Shown piece after piece: positions 52,956-61,035 of a stretch of DNA of 64,000 nt. The stretch lies in assembly GCA_043823745.1 (NCBI GenBank), contig JBDRAN010000006.1, positions 104,176-168,175 on the forward strand. Reading direction: 5' to 3'. The DNA comes from Candidatus Omnitrophota bacterium. Lineage in GTDB: Bacteria > Omnitrophota > Gorgyraeia > Duberdicusellales > 4484-171. Position 1 is the first letter of the stretch; every line of letters starts with the position of its first letter. Made by a program: the position numbers and the translations under genes. The notes beneath the pieces were generated by a model. The model did no database searches. It saw only the letters and a list, made by a program, of their open reading frames with translations, and had not been told where the DNA came from.

Positions 52956-53061
52956 GTGAATAAAAATAAACAATGTCGCCAAAAATAGAAATATTAACTA
53001 AAATGCGACAGCATTCATCTGTGTACATCCGTTTTCAAATCTGTGTGAATCTGCGATAAAA

Positions 53062-54777
53062 ATGGACTTAGAAACCTTACGTCATTCTTGTTCCCACATT
53101 ATGGCCAGCGCGGTAAAGAAGCTGTACCCGCAGACAAAACTTGGTATCGGGCCGGCCATCGAGAATGGTTTTTATTACGACTTTGAAATACCGGGCGGTA
53201 TTACCGAAAAAGACCTATCGCGCATCGAGCAACTGATGCGTGAGGAGATCAATAAAAAATATCCCTTCGAGCGGACTGAAATGACGAGTGGCGCCGCTAT
53301 CGAATTTTTCCAGGCCGCGGGTGAGGCATATAAAGTTGAGCTGATCCGCGATTTAAACCAGGAAAAAGTTTCCATCTATCAGCATAACGGTTTTGCTGAC
53401 CTCTGTCGGGGCCCGCACGTAGCGTCGACGGTCGAGGTGAAACACTTTAAGCTGCTTTCTACCTCGGGTGCGTACTGGAAGGGCTTAGAGGGGAATCCCC
53501 AGCTGGTAAGGATCTACGGTACGGTATTCGCGACCAAGGAAGAATTAGAGAGTTATCTAAAGAATTTAGAAGAGGCAAAGATACGTGATCATCGCACGGT
53601 AGGCAGGGATCTTGAGCTCTTTGATATTTACTATAATCAGGCAGGTGCGGGCCTTGTTTTTTATCTTCCTGCCGGTGCTACGTTACGCAGGATTGTCGAA
53701 GACTGGGAGATACAAGAGCATATCAAGCGGGGCTATAAGCAGGTTATCACTCCCCACATTATGGATAAAAAGCTCTGGCAGGCGAGCGGGCATTTAGAGT
53801 ATTATCAGGAATATATGTACCCTATCGTTAAGGATAATCAGGAGTTTATTTTAAAGCCGATGAACTGTCCCGGGCATATCCTGATTTATAAATCACAACT
53901 GCATAGTTATCGCGAGCTCCCGTTGCGGATTTTTGAACTAGGCACGGTATATCGGTACGAAAAAAGCGGCGTGCTTCATGGTTTGTTGCGCGTGCGCGGG
54001 TTTACCCAGGATGATGCGCATATTTTTTGCAAGAAAGATGATCTGTATGGCGAAATAGAAGGGGTACTTGATTTTGTACGGGCCGCGATGCAGGTATTCG
54101 GATTTACGTCTTTCGGCGCGGAACTGAGCACGCGACCTGAAAAATTTATCGGCGATCGCGAAGATTGGGATATGGCAGAATCGATTTTAGAAGAGATACT
54201 TAAGAAAAAATCATTTGCCTATCGGGTCAACCGCGGCGATGGCGCTTTTTACGGCCCGAAGATCGATATTAAACTCAAAGACGCGCTTGGGCGCGAATGG
54301 CAATGTGCGACGATACAGCTTGATTATAATATCCCGAAGCGTTTTGATTTAACCTATCGTGATCACACCGGCCGCGCTGAGCGCGTAGTGATGATCCACC
54401 GTGTTATCCTAGGAAGCCTTGAGCGATTTATGGCGACGCTTATCGAACATTACGCTGGTAGATTTCCGTTATGGCTTGCGCCTCTGCAGGTAAGCATTAT
54501 TCCGCTTGCTCCGGAAGTCAGCGAGTATGCGGGAAGGCTTAAAGAGGAACTGACCGCGAGTGGTTTTCGCGTCGAGATTGACACCAAGGACGAGACCCTG
54601 CAGAAGCGTATCCGGGTCAAAGAACTTCTGAAAATTCCTTACATGGTGGTTATTGGAAACAAGGAGAAAGAAGCCGGAACCGTTTCAGTGCGCCGCCGAG
54701 GCATGGAAAATTTAGGCTCGATGAATCTCGCGGCATTCAACGATATTTTGCGCGCAGATTTGCACCATAGAATATAG
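53062..54777 (+). CDS. thrS: Threonyl-tRNA synthetase (no N-terminal TGS domain)
   Basis: RHSCSH, DLCRGPH, RDHR, KPMNCPGH, RVRGFTQDDAH, GAFYGPKID. Confidence 0.98.
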   Translation: MDLETLRHSCSHIMASAVKKLYPQTKLGIGPAIENGFYYDFEIPGGITEKDLSRIEQLMREEINKKYPFERTEMTSGAAIEFFQAAGEAYKVELIRDLNQEKVSIYQHNGFADLCRGPHVASTVEVKHFKLLSTSGAYWKGLEGNPQLVRIYGTVFATKEELESYLKNLEEAKIRDHRTVGRDLELFDIYYNQAGAGLVFYLPAGATLRRIVEDWEIQEHIKRGYKQVITPHIMDKKLWQASGHLEYYQEYMYPIVKDNQEFILKPMNCPGHILIYKSQLHSYRELPLRIFELGTVYRYEKSGVLHGLLRVRGFTQDDAHIFCKKDDLYGEIEGVLDFVRAAMQVFGFTSFGAELSTRPEKFIGDREDWDMAESILEEILKKKSFAYRVNRGDGAFYGPKIDIKLKDALGREWQCATIQLDYNIPKRFDLTYRDHTGRAERVVMIHRVILGSLERFMATLIEHYAGRFPLWLAPLQVSIIPLAPEVSEYAGRLKEELTASGFRVEIDTKDETLQKRIRVKELLKIPYMVVIGNKEKEAGTVSVRRRGMENLGSMNLAAFNDILRADLHHRI

Positions 54778-54864
54778 GAATATTCGGTTGATATAACAGC
54801 ACATACATTCTTTGCGCGGGTGCGCAAAGAGAAAAGCGTATATTCAAAGAGGAGGGCGTGACGA

Positions 54865-55368
54865 GTGAAGTATGTAAGAGTTAACGATCGGATTTTTGCC
54901 AAGACTATGCGCGTAATCGGTCCGGAAGGAGAGCAATTGGGAGTCTTCCCTCGGGATTTGGCGTTCAAGAAAGCGCAGGAATATGAGTTGGACCTGGTTG
55001 AGGTAGCGCCTCAGGCACAACCACCGGTTTGTCGTATCACCGATTTTTCTAAATACCGTTACGAACAGGAAAAACGGGAGCGCGAGGCCCGCAAACACCA
55101 GAAACAAGTGCAAATGAAGGAAATACGTATCAGCCCGCGTATTGACGTGCATGATTATGAAGTAAAGCTTAAACACGTACAAGAATTCTTGGAAAAGGGG
55201 CATACGGTAAGAATTCGTATGTATTTTATGGGGCGCGAGATCGCTCACAAAGATATTGGTAATCGTCTGATTAGAAAGCTTATTCAGGATATAGAGAAAA
55301 TCGGTCGCGTTGACCGGGAGCCGCATATGATGGGTAAGACCTTGATATTAATTCTTGGCCCGAAATAA
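54865..55368 (+). CDS. infC: Translation initiation factor IF-3
   Basis: VNDRI, LDLVEVAP, PPVCRI, KEIRI, F.GRE; GTG start after GAGGAGG. Confidence 0.96.
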   Translation: MKYVRVNDRIFAKTMRVIGPEGEQLGVFPRDLAFKKAQEYELDLVEVAPQAQPPVCRITDFSKYRYEQEKREREARKHQKQVQMKEIRISPRIDVHDYEVKLKHVQEFLEKGHTVRIRMYFMGREIAHKDIGNRLIRKLIQDIEKIGRVDREPHMMGKTLILILGPK

Positions 55369-55371
55369 ACT

Positions 55372-55591
55372 CCGTTAGAAAGTTCACCTCGTGTGGAAAT
55401 TTATTTCTAACGGTGTAAACGCGAATTAACGGTCAGTAGTGTTTTTAAGATAGACTTCCGGGCGCCTAATTACCCGAAAAATCCCCCGAGGAATTCGAAG
55501 AATTCCCGGGACTGAAGTCCTCGGAATTTCCTTCTGTAGTTAGGAAATTCCAGAGGGTCTTACGACATTTTTCGGGAGCGCCTCGGAAGTC
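55372..55591. repeat. Nested inverted-repeat region between infC and rpmI
   Basis: CCGTTAGAAA/TTTCTAACGG; GACTTCCG/CGGAAGTC; CCCGAAAAAT/ATTTTTCGGG; GGAATTTCCT/AGGAAATTCC. Confidence 0.75.
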
Positions 55592-55661
55592 AATTCGACT
55601 ACACGCTTTTTCAGACAGGAGGTCTTAAAAAGCGCAAGTCTCATTGAGGAGGTAATAAAAA

Positions 55662-55862
55662 ATGCCAAAGCTAAAAACAAAAAAATCGTTTGCAAAGCGT
55701 CTGAAGGTGACGAAAAACAAAAAAGTGTTGCGCTCCAAAGAAGGCCGGCGGCATCTTTTAAGCGGCAAAAAAGCTGCGCGCAAGCGGCAACTGGGGAAAA
55801 AAGTTGTCGTTTCACACGCTGACCGGAATCAGATTAAGCACGCGCTCCCTTATGCGTTTTAA
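55662..55862 (+). CDS. rpmI: 50S ribosomal protein L35
   Basis: MPKLKT.K..AKR.K.T, RHLL..K, LPY. Confidence 0.96.
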   Translation: MPKLKTKKSFAKRLKVTKNKKVLRSKEGRRHLLSGKKAARKRQLGKKVVVSHADRNQIKHALPYAF

Positions 55863-55907
55863 GGAAGCGTGACAGCCCGCGAGGCTATTTAAAAAAGGAG
55901 AATTACT

Positions 55908-56255
55908 ATGCGAGTTACTCATGGACCTGCTGCACGGCAGCGTAAGAAAAAAGTTTTGAAGAGAGCCAAAGGATTTTGGGGTAAGCGGTCCAAGCTGTAC
56001 CGTCGCGCCGCCGAAAGCGTGCGCCGCGCTATGGTGTACAGCTATCGCGATCGCCGCGCAAAGAAGCGGGAGTTTAAGTCACTCTGGATTATCCGTTTAA
56101 ACGCTGCCGCGCGCGAACGCGGGCTTACGTATCGTGAGCTTATGCACGTTTTGAAAGTAAAGAACATTATGTTTTCGCGGGATATACTTGCAAAGATCGC
56201 CGCGGAGTATCCGGAGGTTTTTGACAAGATCGTCGAAGCAGTGAAAACCGCATAG
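55908..56255 (+). CDS. rplT: 50S ribosomal protein L20
   Basis: AKGFWG, YSYRDRRAKKREF..LWI.R.NAA. Confidence 0.97.
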   Translation: MRVTHGPAARQRKKKVLKRAKGFWGKRSKLYRRAAESVRRAMVYSYRDRRAKKREFKSLWIIRLNAAARERGLTYRELMHVLKVKNIMFSRDILAKIAAEYPEVFDKIVEAVKTA

Positions 56256-56331
56256 CGCAAAGCGCTCAGTGCAGAGCGTGCCCGGGTGAAATATTTTTTT
56301 GCTTTGCGCCCGCATGATGCGTTCCGCGTTC
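56254..56331. repeat. Inverted-arm heptamer array (AGCGCA family, degenerate)
   Basis: AGCGCAA AGCGCTC AGTGCAG AGCGTG ... GCTTTGCGCCCGCATGATGCGTTCCGCGTT. Confidence 0.55.
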
Positions 56332-56343
56332 ACAGGAGATCCC

Positions 56344-56994
56344 ATGCATGTGATTATTGTCGGTTGTGGCCGCGTCGGGGCCGAGCTCGCCAAGATTCTT
56401 TCGAGCGAAGACCACGACGTGGTTGTTATTGATCGCGATGCGCATAGTTTTGAGCGCCTCGGGAGAACGTTTAATGGTATCACCTTGGTCGGCAGCGGCT
56501 TTGATTGGGAGTTGCTTAAAAGCGCCGGGGCAGAGAACGCGAACGCGCTTTGTGCCGTTACCAATGGAGATAATACCAATCTGGTTACCGCTCAGGTTGC
56601 GAAACGTATCTTTAAAATAGGTAAAGTTATCGCACGGGTATATGATCCGGGTCGCGCCAATATTTATCGCGCGCTGGGTCTTGATATTATCAGCGGCACG
56701 ATTCTGGTTGCCGCGATGGTCAGAGACAAAATCGTTGAGTCGAAACTCTCCAGTTATCTTATTGAGAGCGGCGAGTTAGGAGTGCTTGAGATACCGGTCG
56801 ATAAAAATCTGCAAGGGCGCCTGATCAGTCAGATCAATATCGCGCAAGAGCTTATCGTGGTAACGGTGCGCAGGAAAAAAGAAGTTATAATCCCTGAGCT
56901 TTCCGCAAAGCTTGAGATCGGAGATATCTTGATGGCCGTGGTAAAAACCGCAAGCCTCGGAAAGATAAAGAAGACATTTAAGCTTGAAGAGTAG
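56344..56994 (+). CDS. trkA: TrkA/KtrA family RCK protein, copy 1
   Basis: IIVGCGRVG, AVTNGDNTN, VIARV.DP; TrkA-C domain. Confidence 0.93.
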   Translation: MHVIIVGCGRVGAELAKILSSEDHDVVVIDRDAHSFERLGRTFNGITLVGSGFDWELLKSAGAENANALCAVTNGDNTNLVTAQVAKRIFKIGKVIARVYDPGRANIYRALGLDIISGTILVAAMVRDKIVESKLSSYLIESGELGVLEIPVDKNLQGRLISQINIAQELIVVTVRRKKEVIIPELSAKLEIGDILMAVVKTASLGKIKKTFKLEE

Positions 56995-57016
56995 CCACGG
57001 CGGATAAGGAGCGCGT

Positions 57017-57679
57017 ATGTATATTGTTGTTGTCGGCGGCGGTAAAGTCGGACATTTTCTTGCCAAACATCTTCTCAAAGACAAACACACGATTGTTTTA
57101 ATCGAAAAAGGCAAGGCGGTTTGCGAAGAGATCGCCAAAGAGTTAAATCTTATCGTCGTTAACGGTGATGGATGCGACCCGCATTATCTTGAGGAAGCCG
57201 GTATCTCACGAGCCGATGTTATCGCGGCGGTTACCGGTGACGATGAAGATAATTTAGTCATCTGTCAACTTGCGAAGGAAAAGTTTCACGTGGGGCGCAC
57301 CGTCGCCCGCGTCAATGATCCAAAAAATGAACATATTTTTTCAGAACTCGGTGTTGACGTGCCTATTGACGCAACCAAAATCATCGCAAAGATTATCGAA
57401 GAAGAAGTTTCTTTTTCCGATTTTGTGAACCTCCTCAGCTTTAACCGCGGGAAATTGGCTATCGTCCGCGTTGACCTTCCGGAACAATCACCAATCATCA
57501 ATAAGATGCTCAAGGATGTTACGCTGCCCCCCGATTCGGTGCTTGTATCGGTTATCCGGGGTGATGAAATTATCGTGCCTAAGGGGGACACGCTCCTGCG
57601 GGCAAGCGATGATATCATTGCGCTTACCCTTGTTGAGAACAAGCAAATCTTATTGCAATTTCTCTTGGGTAAAATCTGA
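57017..57679 (+). CDS. trkA: TrkA/KtrA family RCK protein, copy 2
   Basis: IVVVGGGKVG, GDGCD, AVTGDDEDN, ARVNDP, IIVPKGDT. Confidence 0.93.
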   Translation: MYIVVVGGGKVGHFLAKHLLKDKHTIVLIEKGKAVCEEIAKELNLIVVNGDGCDPHYLEEAGISRADVIAAVTGDDEDNLVICQLAKEKFHVGRTVARVNDPKNEHIFSELGVDVPIDATKIIAKIIEEEVSFSDFVNLLSFNRGKLAIVRVDLPEQSPIINKMLKDVTLPPDSVLVSVIRGDEIIVPKGDTLLRASDDIIALTLVENKQILLQFLLGKI

Positions 57680-57789
57680 TGATCAAGAAAATTCTAAACG
57701 CAATTATCGGGATTTCCGTCGGTGTCGGTGTCATTATGCTTGTGCTTGTTCTCTGCCTTGTGATGTCCTGGTTTTTTACGCATTTTTAA
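57679..57789 (+). CDS. Small single-TM protein (36 aa) inside trk operon
   Basis: MIKKILNAIIGISVGVGVIMLVLVLCLVMSWFFTHF*; TGATG overlap with trkA2 stop; ends 4 nt before trkH ATG. Confidence 0.65.
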   Translation: MIKKILNAIIGISVGVGVIMLVLVLCLVMSWFFTHF

Positions 57790-57793
57790 TCGT

Positions 57794-59296
57794 ATGTTGT
57801 TACGGCCGCAAATAGAAGATTTTAAAGTGGTCGGGGAACACCTCGGCAAAATTATTATTGGCTTGGCGCTCGCGATGTGTCTGCCGCTTGCGGTCGGGGC
57901 CTGCTACCGTGAAGTTAACCCGCTTGTGGATTTTGTCATCTCGATATTGATAAGTTTTATTGTCGGTATCGTGCTCGTGACGATGTGCCGGACAAATCGA
58001 GAGCCGCGCTGGATGCACGGTATGGCTATTGCTTCTCTTGCCTGGATCGTGGCAATGCTTCTGGGAGCCATTCCTCTGTATTTAAGCCGTCACTGGAATT
58101 CGTATCTCGATGCCTGTTTTGAGGCAATGAGCGGTTTCGCGACTACGGGGCTTACGCTGGCGCAGGATCTGGATCATCTTTCATACGCGCATAATTTCTG
58201 GCGGCACCTCGTCATGTTTATCGGCGGCCAGGGCATTATCATCGTAGCGCTCGCGTTTCTCGTGCGTGGTTCAGCCGGCGCTTTTAAGATTTACGTCGGA
58301 GAAGGACGAGAGGAAAAAATTCTTCCTAACGTTGTTTCCACCGCGCGCTTTATCTGGATCGTCAGCGTTACGTACCTGGGGCTGGGCACCATCGCGCTCG
58401 CGCTGGTGGGTAGATTTGAAGGGATGTCGTGGCCTGGGGCGTTCTATCATGGCGCCTGTGTTTTTATGACGGCGTTTGATACCGGCGGGTTTACCCCGCA
58501 ATCACAGAGCATACTGTATTACCATAGTTTTCCGTATGAGGTAGCTACGATCGTGATGATGCTTTTGGGTGCGGTTAATTTTAAGGTACACTACTGCCTG
58601 TGGACCGGTAACCGCCGCGAGCTATGGCGTAACATCGAAACCGTAACGCTTTTTATCTGTATTGTCGCTACGTTTTATATTACGGGCCTGGGTTTACGTA
58701 TCACACAAACATATCCTGAGGTAATACCGTTCTTTCGCAAAGGGTTCTATCACCTTATTTCTGGTCAGAGCGGAACCGGCTTTATGACAATTTACGCCCA
58801 GCAGTTTATTAACGAGTGGGGAGCCTTAGCGCTCATCGGCATTACGATCGCTATGGCAATCGGTGGCTCAAGCTGTTCAACAACCGGTGCCATAAAAGCT
58901 ATACGCTTGGGGACCTTGGTCAAGGGTCTTATTGAAGATGTGAAACGCATCATCTCTCCGGAAGCGGCCATTGTGAGCGCGAAATTCCATCATATCAAGA
59001 CTGTTGTTCTCGACGATAAGCATGTTCGGTCTGCCGCTATCATTACGATTGCGTATCTCGTGCTCTATGTGGCGGGGGCTCTCGTGGGGGTATATTGCGG
59101 CTACCCACTCCTGAATTCTTTATTCGAGTCAACGTCCGCGGCGGCTAACGTCGGTCTTTCGTGCGGTATCACGCAGGTCTCGATGCCCACGATACTTAAG
59201 GTAACGTATATTTTTCAGATGTGGATCGGAAGACTTGAGTTCATATCGGTTTTTACCTTGTTCGGGATTGTTGCTGCGCTTATTAAAGGAAAATGA
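57794..59296 (+). CDS. trkH: TrkH family K+ uptake permease
   Basis: Four pore loops: SGFATTG, AFDTGGF, GQSGTGF, SAAANVG; GGSSCSTTGAIK; MWIGRLE. Confidence 0.95.
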   Translation: MLLRPQIEDFKVVGEHLGKIIIGLALAMCLPLAVGACYREVNPLVDFVISILISFIVGIVLVTMCRTNREPRWMHGMAIASLAWIVAMLLGAIPLYLSRHWNSYLDACFEAMSGFATTGLTLAQDLDHLSYAHNFWRHLVMFIGGQGIIIVALAFLVRGSAGAFKIYVGEGREEKILPNVVSTARFIWIVSVTYLGLGTIALALVGRFEGMSWPGAFYHGACVFMTAFDTGGFTPQSQSILYYHSFPYEVATIVMMLLGAVNFKVHYCLWTGNRRELWRNIETVTLFICIVATFYITGLGLRITQTYPEVIPFFRKGFYHLISGQSGTGFMTIYAQQFINEWGALALIGITIAMAIGGSSCSTTGAIKAIRLGTLVKGLIEDVKRIISPEAAIVSAKFHHIKTVVLDDKHVRSAAIITIAYLVLYVAGALVGVYCGYPLLNSLFESTSAAANVGLSCGITQVSMPTILKVTYIFQMWIGRLEFISVFTLFGIVAALIKGK

Positions 59297-59847
59297 AAAA
59301 AACAAATTTTTTCAATTATACGCCCAGCTGTCATGGCGCACAATCCGCACGAGTATATATTTTTTGTTGTATTGTGTTCGCAAGCTGCATGCTTATCATG
59401 GCGCCCGCGCGGGCGGCCGCGGTTACGAGCAGGGAGCTTATTGATAAAGCGAAGGAATATGACGGGAGCGTTGTGTTGTATGAAGGAGAAGCGATCGGCG
59501 AAGTGATGATGCGCGGTGATTTTGCCTGGGTTAATGTGAGGGATAGCCGGAATGCAATCGGCATTTGGGTACCTTCCACGGTTACCCGTACGATTAAGAG
59601 CCTCGGTAGCTATCAAAGAAGGGGCGACAGGGTTCTTGTGACCGGCATCTTTCATCGTGCCTGCCGTATTCACGGAGGGGATCTCGATATTCATGCTACC
59701 GCTCTTTCGTTGCAGGAGCCGGGTTCCCGCATACCAGCGCCCCTTGACCTTGGAAAAATTCGCCTGATGATTAATTTGACTATTATCCTTTTTCTTGTTA
59801 TTATTGGCGCCATGTTAGTACGTATTCGTCTATCGCGCAAACAATAG
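59293..59847 (+). CDS. Exported OB-fold-like protein with C-terminal TM anchor
   Basis: Signal-like segment; YDG..V..EGEAIG, GDRVLVTG.F, C..HGGDLDIHA; overlaps trkH stop. Confidence 0.7.
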   Translation: MKKTNFFNYTPSCHGAQSARVYIFCCIVFASCMLIMAPARAAAVTSRELIDKAKEYDGSVVLYEGEAIGEVMMRGDFAWVNVRDSRNAIGIWVPSTVTRTIKSLGSYQRRGDRVLVTGIFHRACRIHGGDLDIHATALSLQEPGSRIPAPLDLGKIRLMINLTIILFLVIIGAMLVRIRLSRKQ

Positions 59848-59904
59848 TGAGAGGACGGTTTCTTTTGATGATACAATCACACACCATACTTACACAAAAG
59901 ATTT

Positions 59905-60933
59905 ATGCAGAATGAATTGAATAATCTTGAGCAAACGTTCAGAGAGGAGATAGCCGCTCTTTCTACTCGAGAGGAGCTGGAGGCGTTGAAGGTTAAATAT
60001 CTGGGGAGAAAGTCAATGCTTGCGCAGTTTTTTTCCCGGCTACCCGCCTTATCAGCGCAAGAAAAAGGTATCTTTGGTAAGCGGCTCAACGAACTGAAAA
60101 ACGCGATAAGCGCTGTCCTTGAGGAAAAGATAAAAAATATTGGCGTCGGCCAGGAGGCGTTTGATGTAACGATCCCTTCAATCAGCCCCCGCCGCGGGTC
60201 GCTTCATGTGCTCAGCCAGGTAACCGAGGCTGCGTGCCTGATCTTTGAGAAACTTGGCTTTGAGGTTGATGAAGGGAACGAAATAGAGGATGAGTGGCAT
60301 AACTTTACTGCTTTAAATATTCCCCTGGAGCACCCCTCGCGCGACGCCTTTGACACGTTCTATCTGGATATTCCGCGCGCTCCCGGCCGCGCCGGTAAAT
60401 ATCTCCTGCGCAGCCAGACTTCGCCCTCTCAAATCAGGGTTATGTGTTCTCGCAAACCACCGATAGCCGTGATTTCACCGGGCAGAGTCTATCGTCCCGA
60501 TCAGGTTGACGCTTCGCATTCATTTATGTTTCATCAGATAGAAGGATTCGCGGTTGATACCCATATTACCTTTGCGCATTTAAAAGGAGTATTATTACAT
60601 TTTGTCCGTGAGTTTTTTAGCCGCGACGTCGAGCTGCGCTTCCGGCCCCACTTTTTTCCTTTTACCGAGCCCTCGGCTGAGGTTGACATTTCCTGTTTTA
60701 TGTGTAAAGGAAAAAAGGATACATGCAGCGTTTGTAAAGGCAAGGGGTGGCTGGAGATCCTCGGCTGCGGTATGATCAACCCTCATGTGTTGACCTCCTG
60801 TGGTATTAATCCCAAGAAATATAAAGGGTTTGCTTTTGGTATGGGAGTAGAGCGGCCAGCGATGCTTAAGTACGGCATCAGCGATATCCGGTTATTCTAT
60901 GAGAATGACCTGCGGTTTTTAAATCAATTCTGA
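59905..60933 (+). CDS. pheS: Phenylalanyl-tRNA synthetase alpha subunit
   Basis: HPSRDAFDTFY, LLRSQTS, HSFMFHQIEG, FPFTEPSAEVD, GFAFGMGVER. Confidence 0.98.
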   Translation: MQNELNNLEQTFREEIAALSTREELEALKVKYLGRKSMLAQFFSRLPALSAQEKGIFGKRLNELKNAISAVLEEKIKNIGVGQEAFDVTIPSISPRRGSLHVLSQVTEAACLIFEKLGFEVDEGNEIEDEWHNFTALNIPLEHPSRDAFDTFYLDIPRAPGRAGKYLLRSQTSPSQIRVMCSRKPPIAVISPGRVYRPDQVDASHSFMFHQIEGFAVDTHITFAHLKGVLLHFVREFFSRDVELRFRPHFFPFTEPSAEVDISCFMCKGKKDTCSVCKGKGWLEILGCGMINPHVLTSCGINPKKYKGFAFGMGVERPAMLKYGISDIRLFYENDLRFLNQF

Positions 60934-60934
60934 T

Positions 60935-61022
60935 GACGCGAATTGCCGCTAATCTTTCAGAACGCGAATGACCGCGAATTGATTAGCGTAAATTAGCATT
61001 TTACATTCGCGGTAATTAGCGT
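60935..61022. repeat. Inverted-arm repeat (CGCGAAT/ATTAGCG family), copy 2
   Basis: ACGCGAAT..CCGCTAAT..ACGCGAAT..CCGCGAAT, TG, ATTAGCG..ATTAGCA..ATTCGCG..ATTAGCG. Confidence 0.85.
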
Positions 61023-61035
61023 AACAGGAAATACT

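Noticed and set aside
52956-53061. T-box leader for thrS (also checked before pheS)
   Set aside because: Gaps are too short and show no T-box motif or terminator.
57283-57296. parS-like GTTTCACGTGGGGC
   Set aside because: Right half does not match the parS palindrome and it lies within trkA coding sequence.
13496-61022. Short repeat arrays as CRISPR
   Set aside because: Units are 7-10 nt, degenerate, without unique 30-40 nt spacers; no cas genes.
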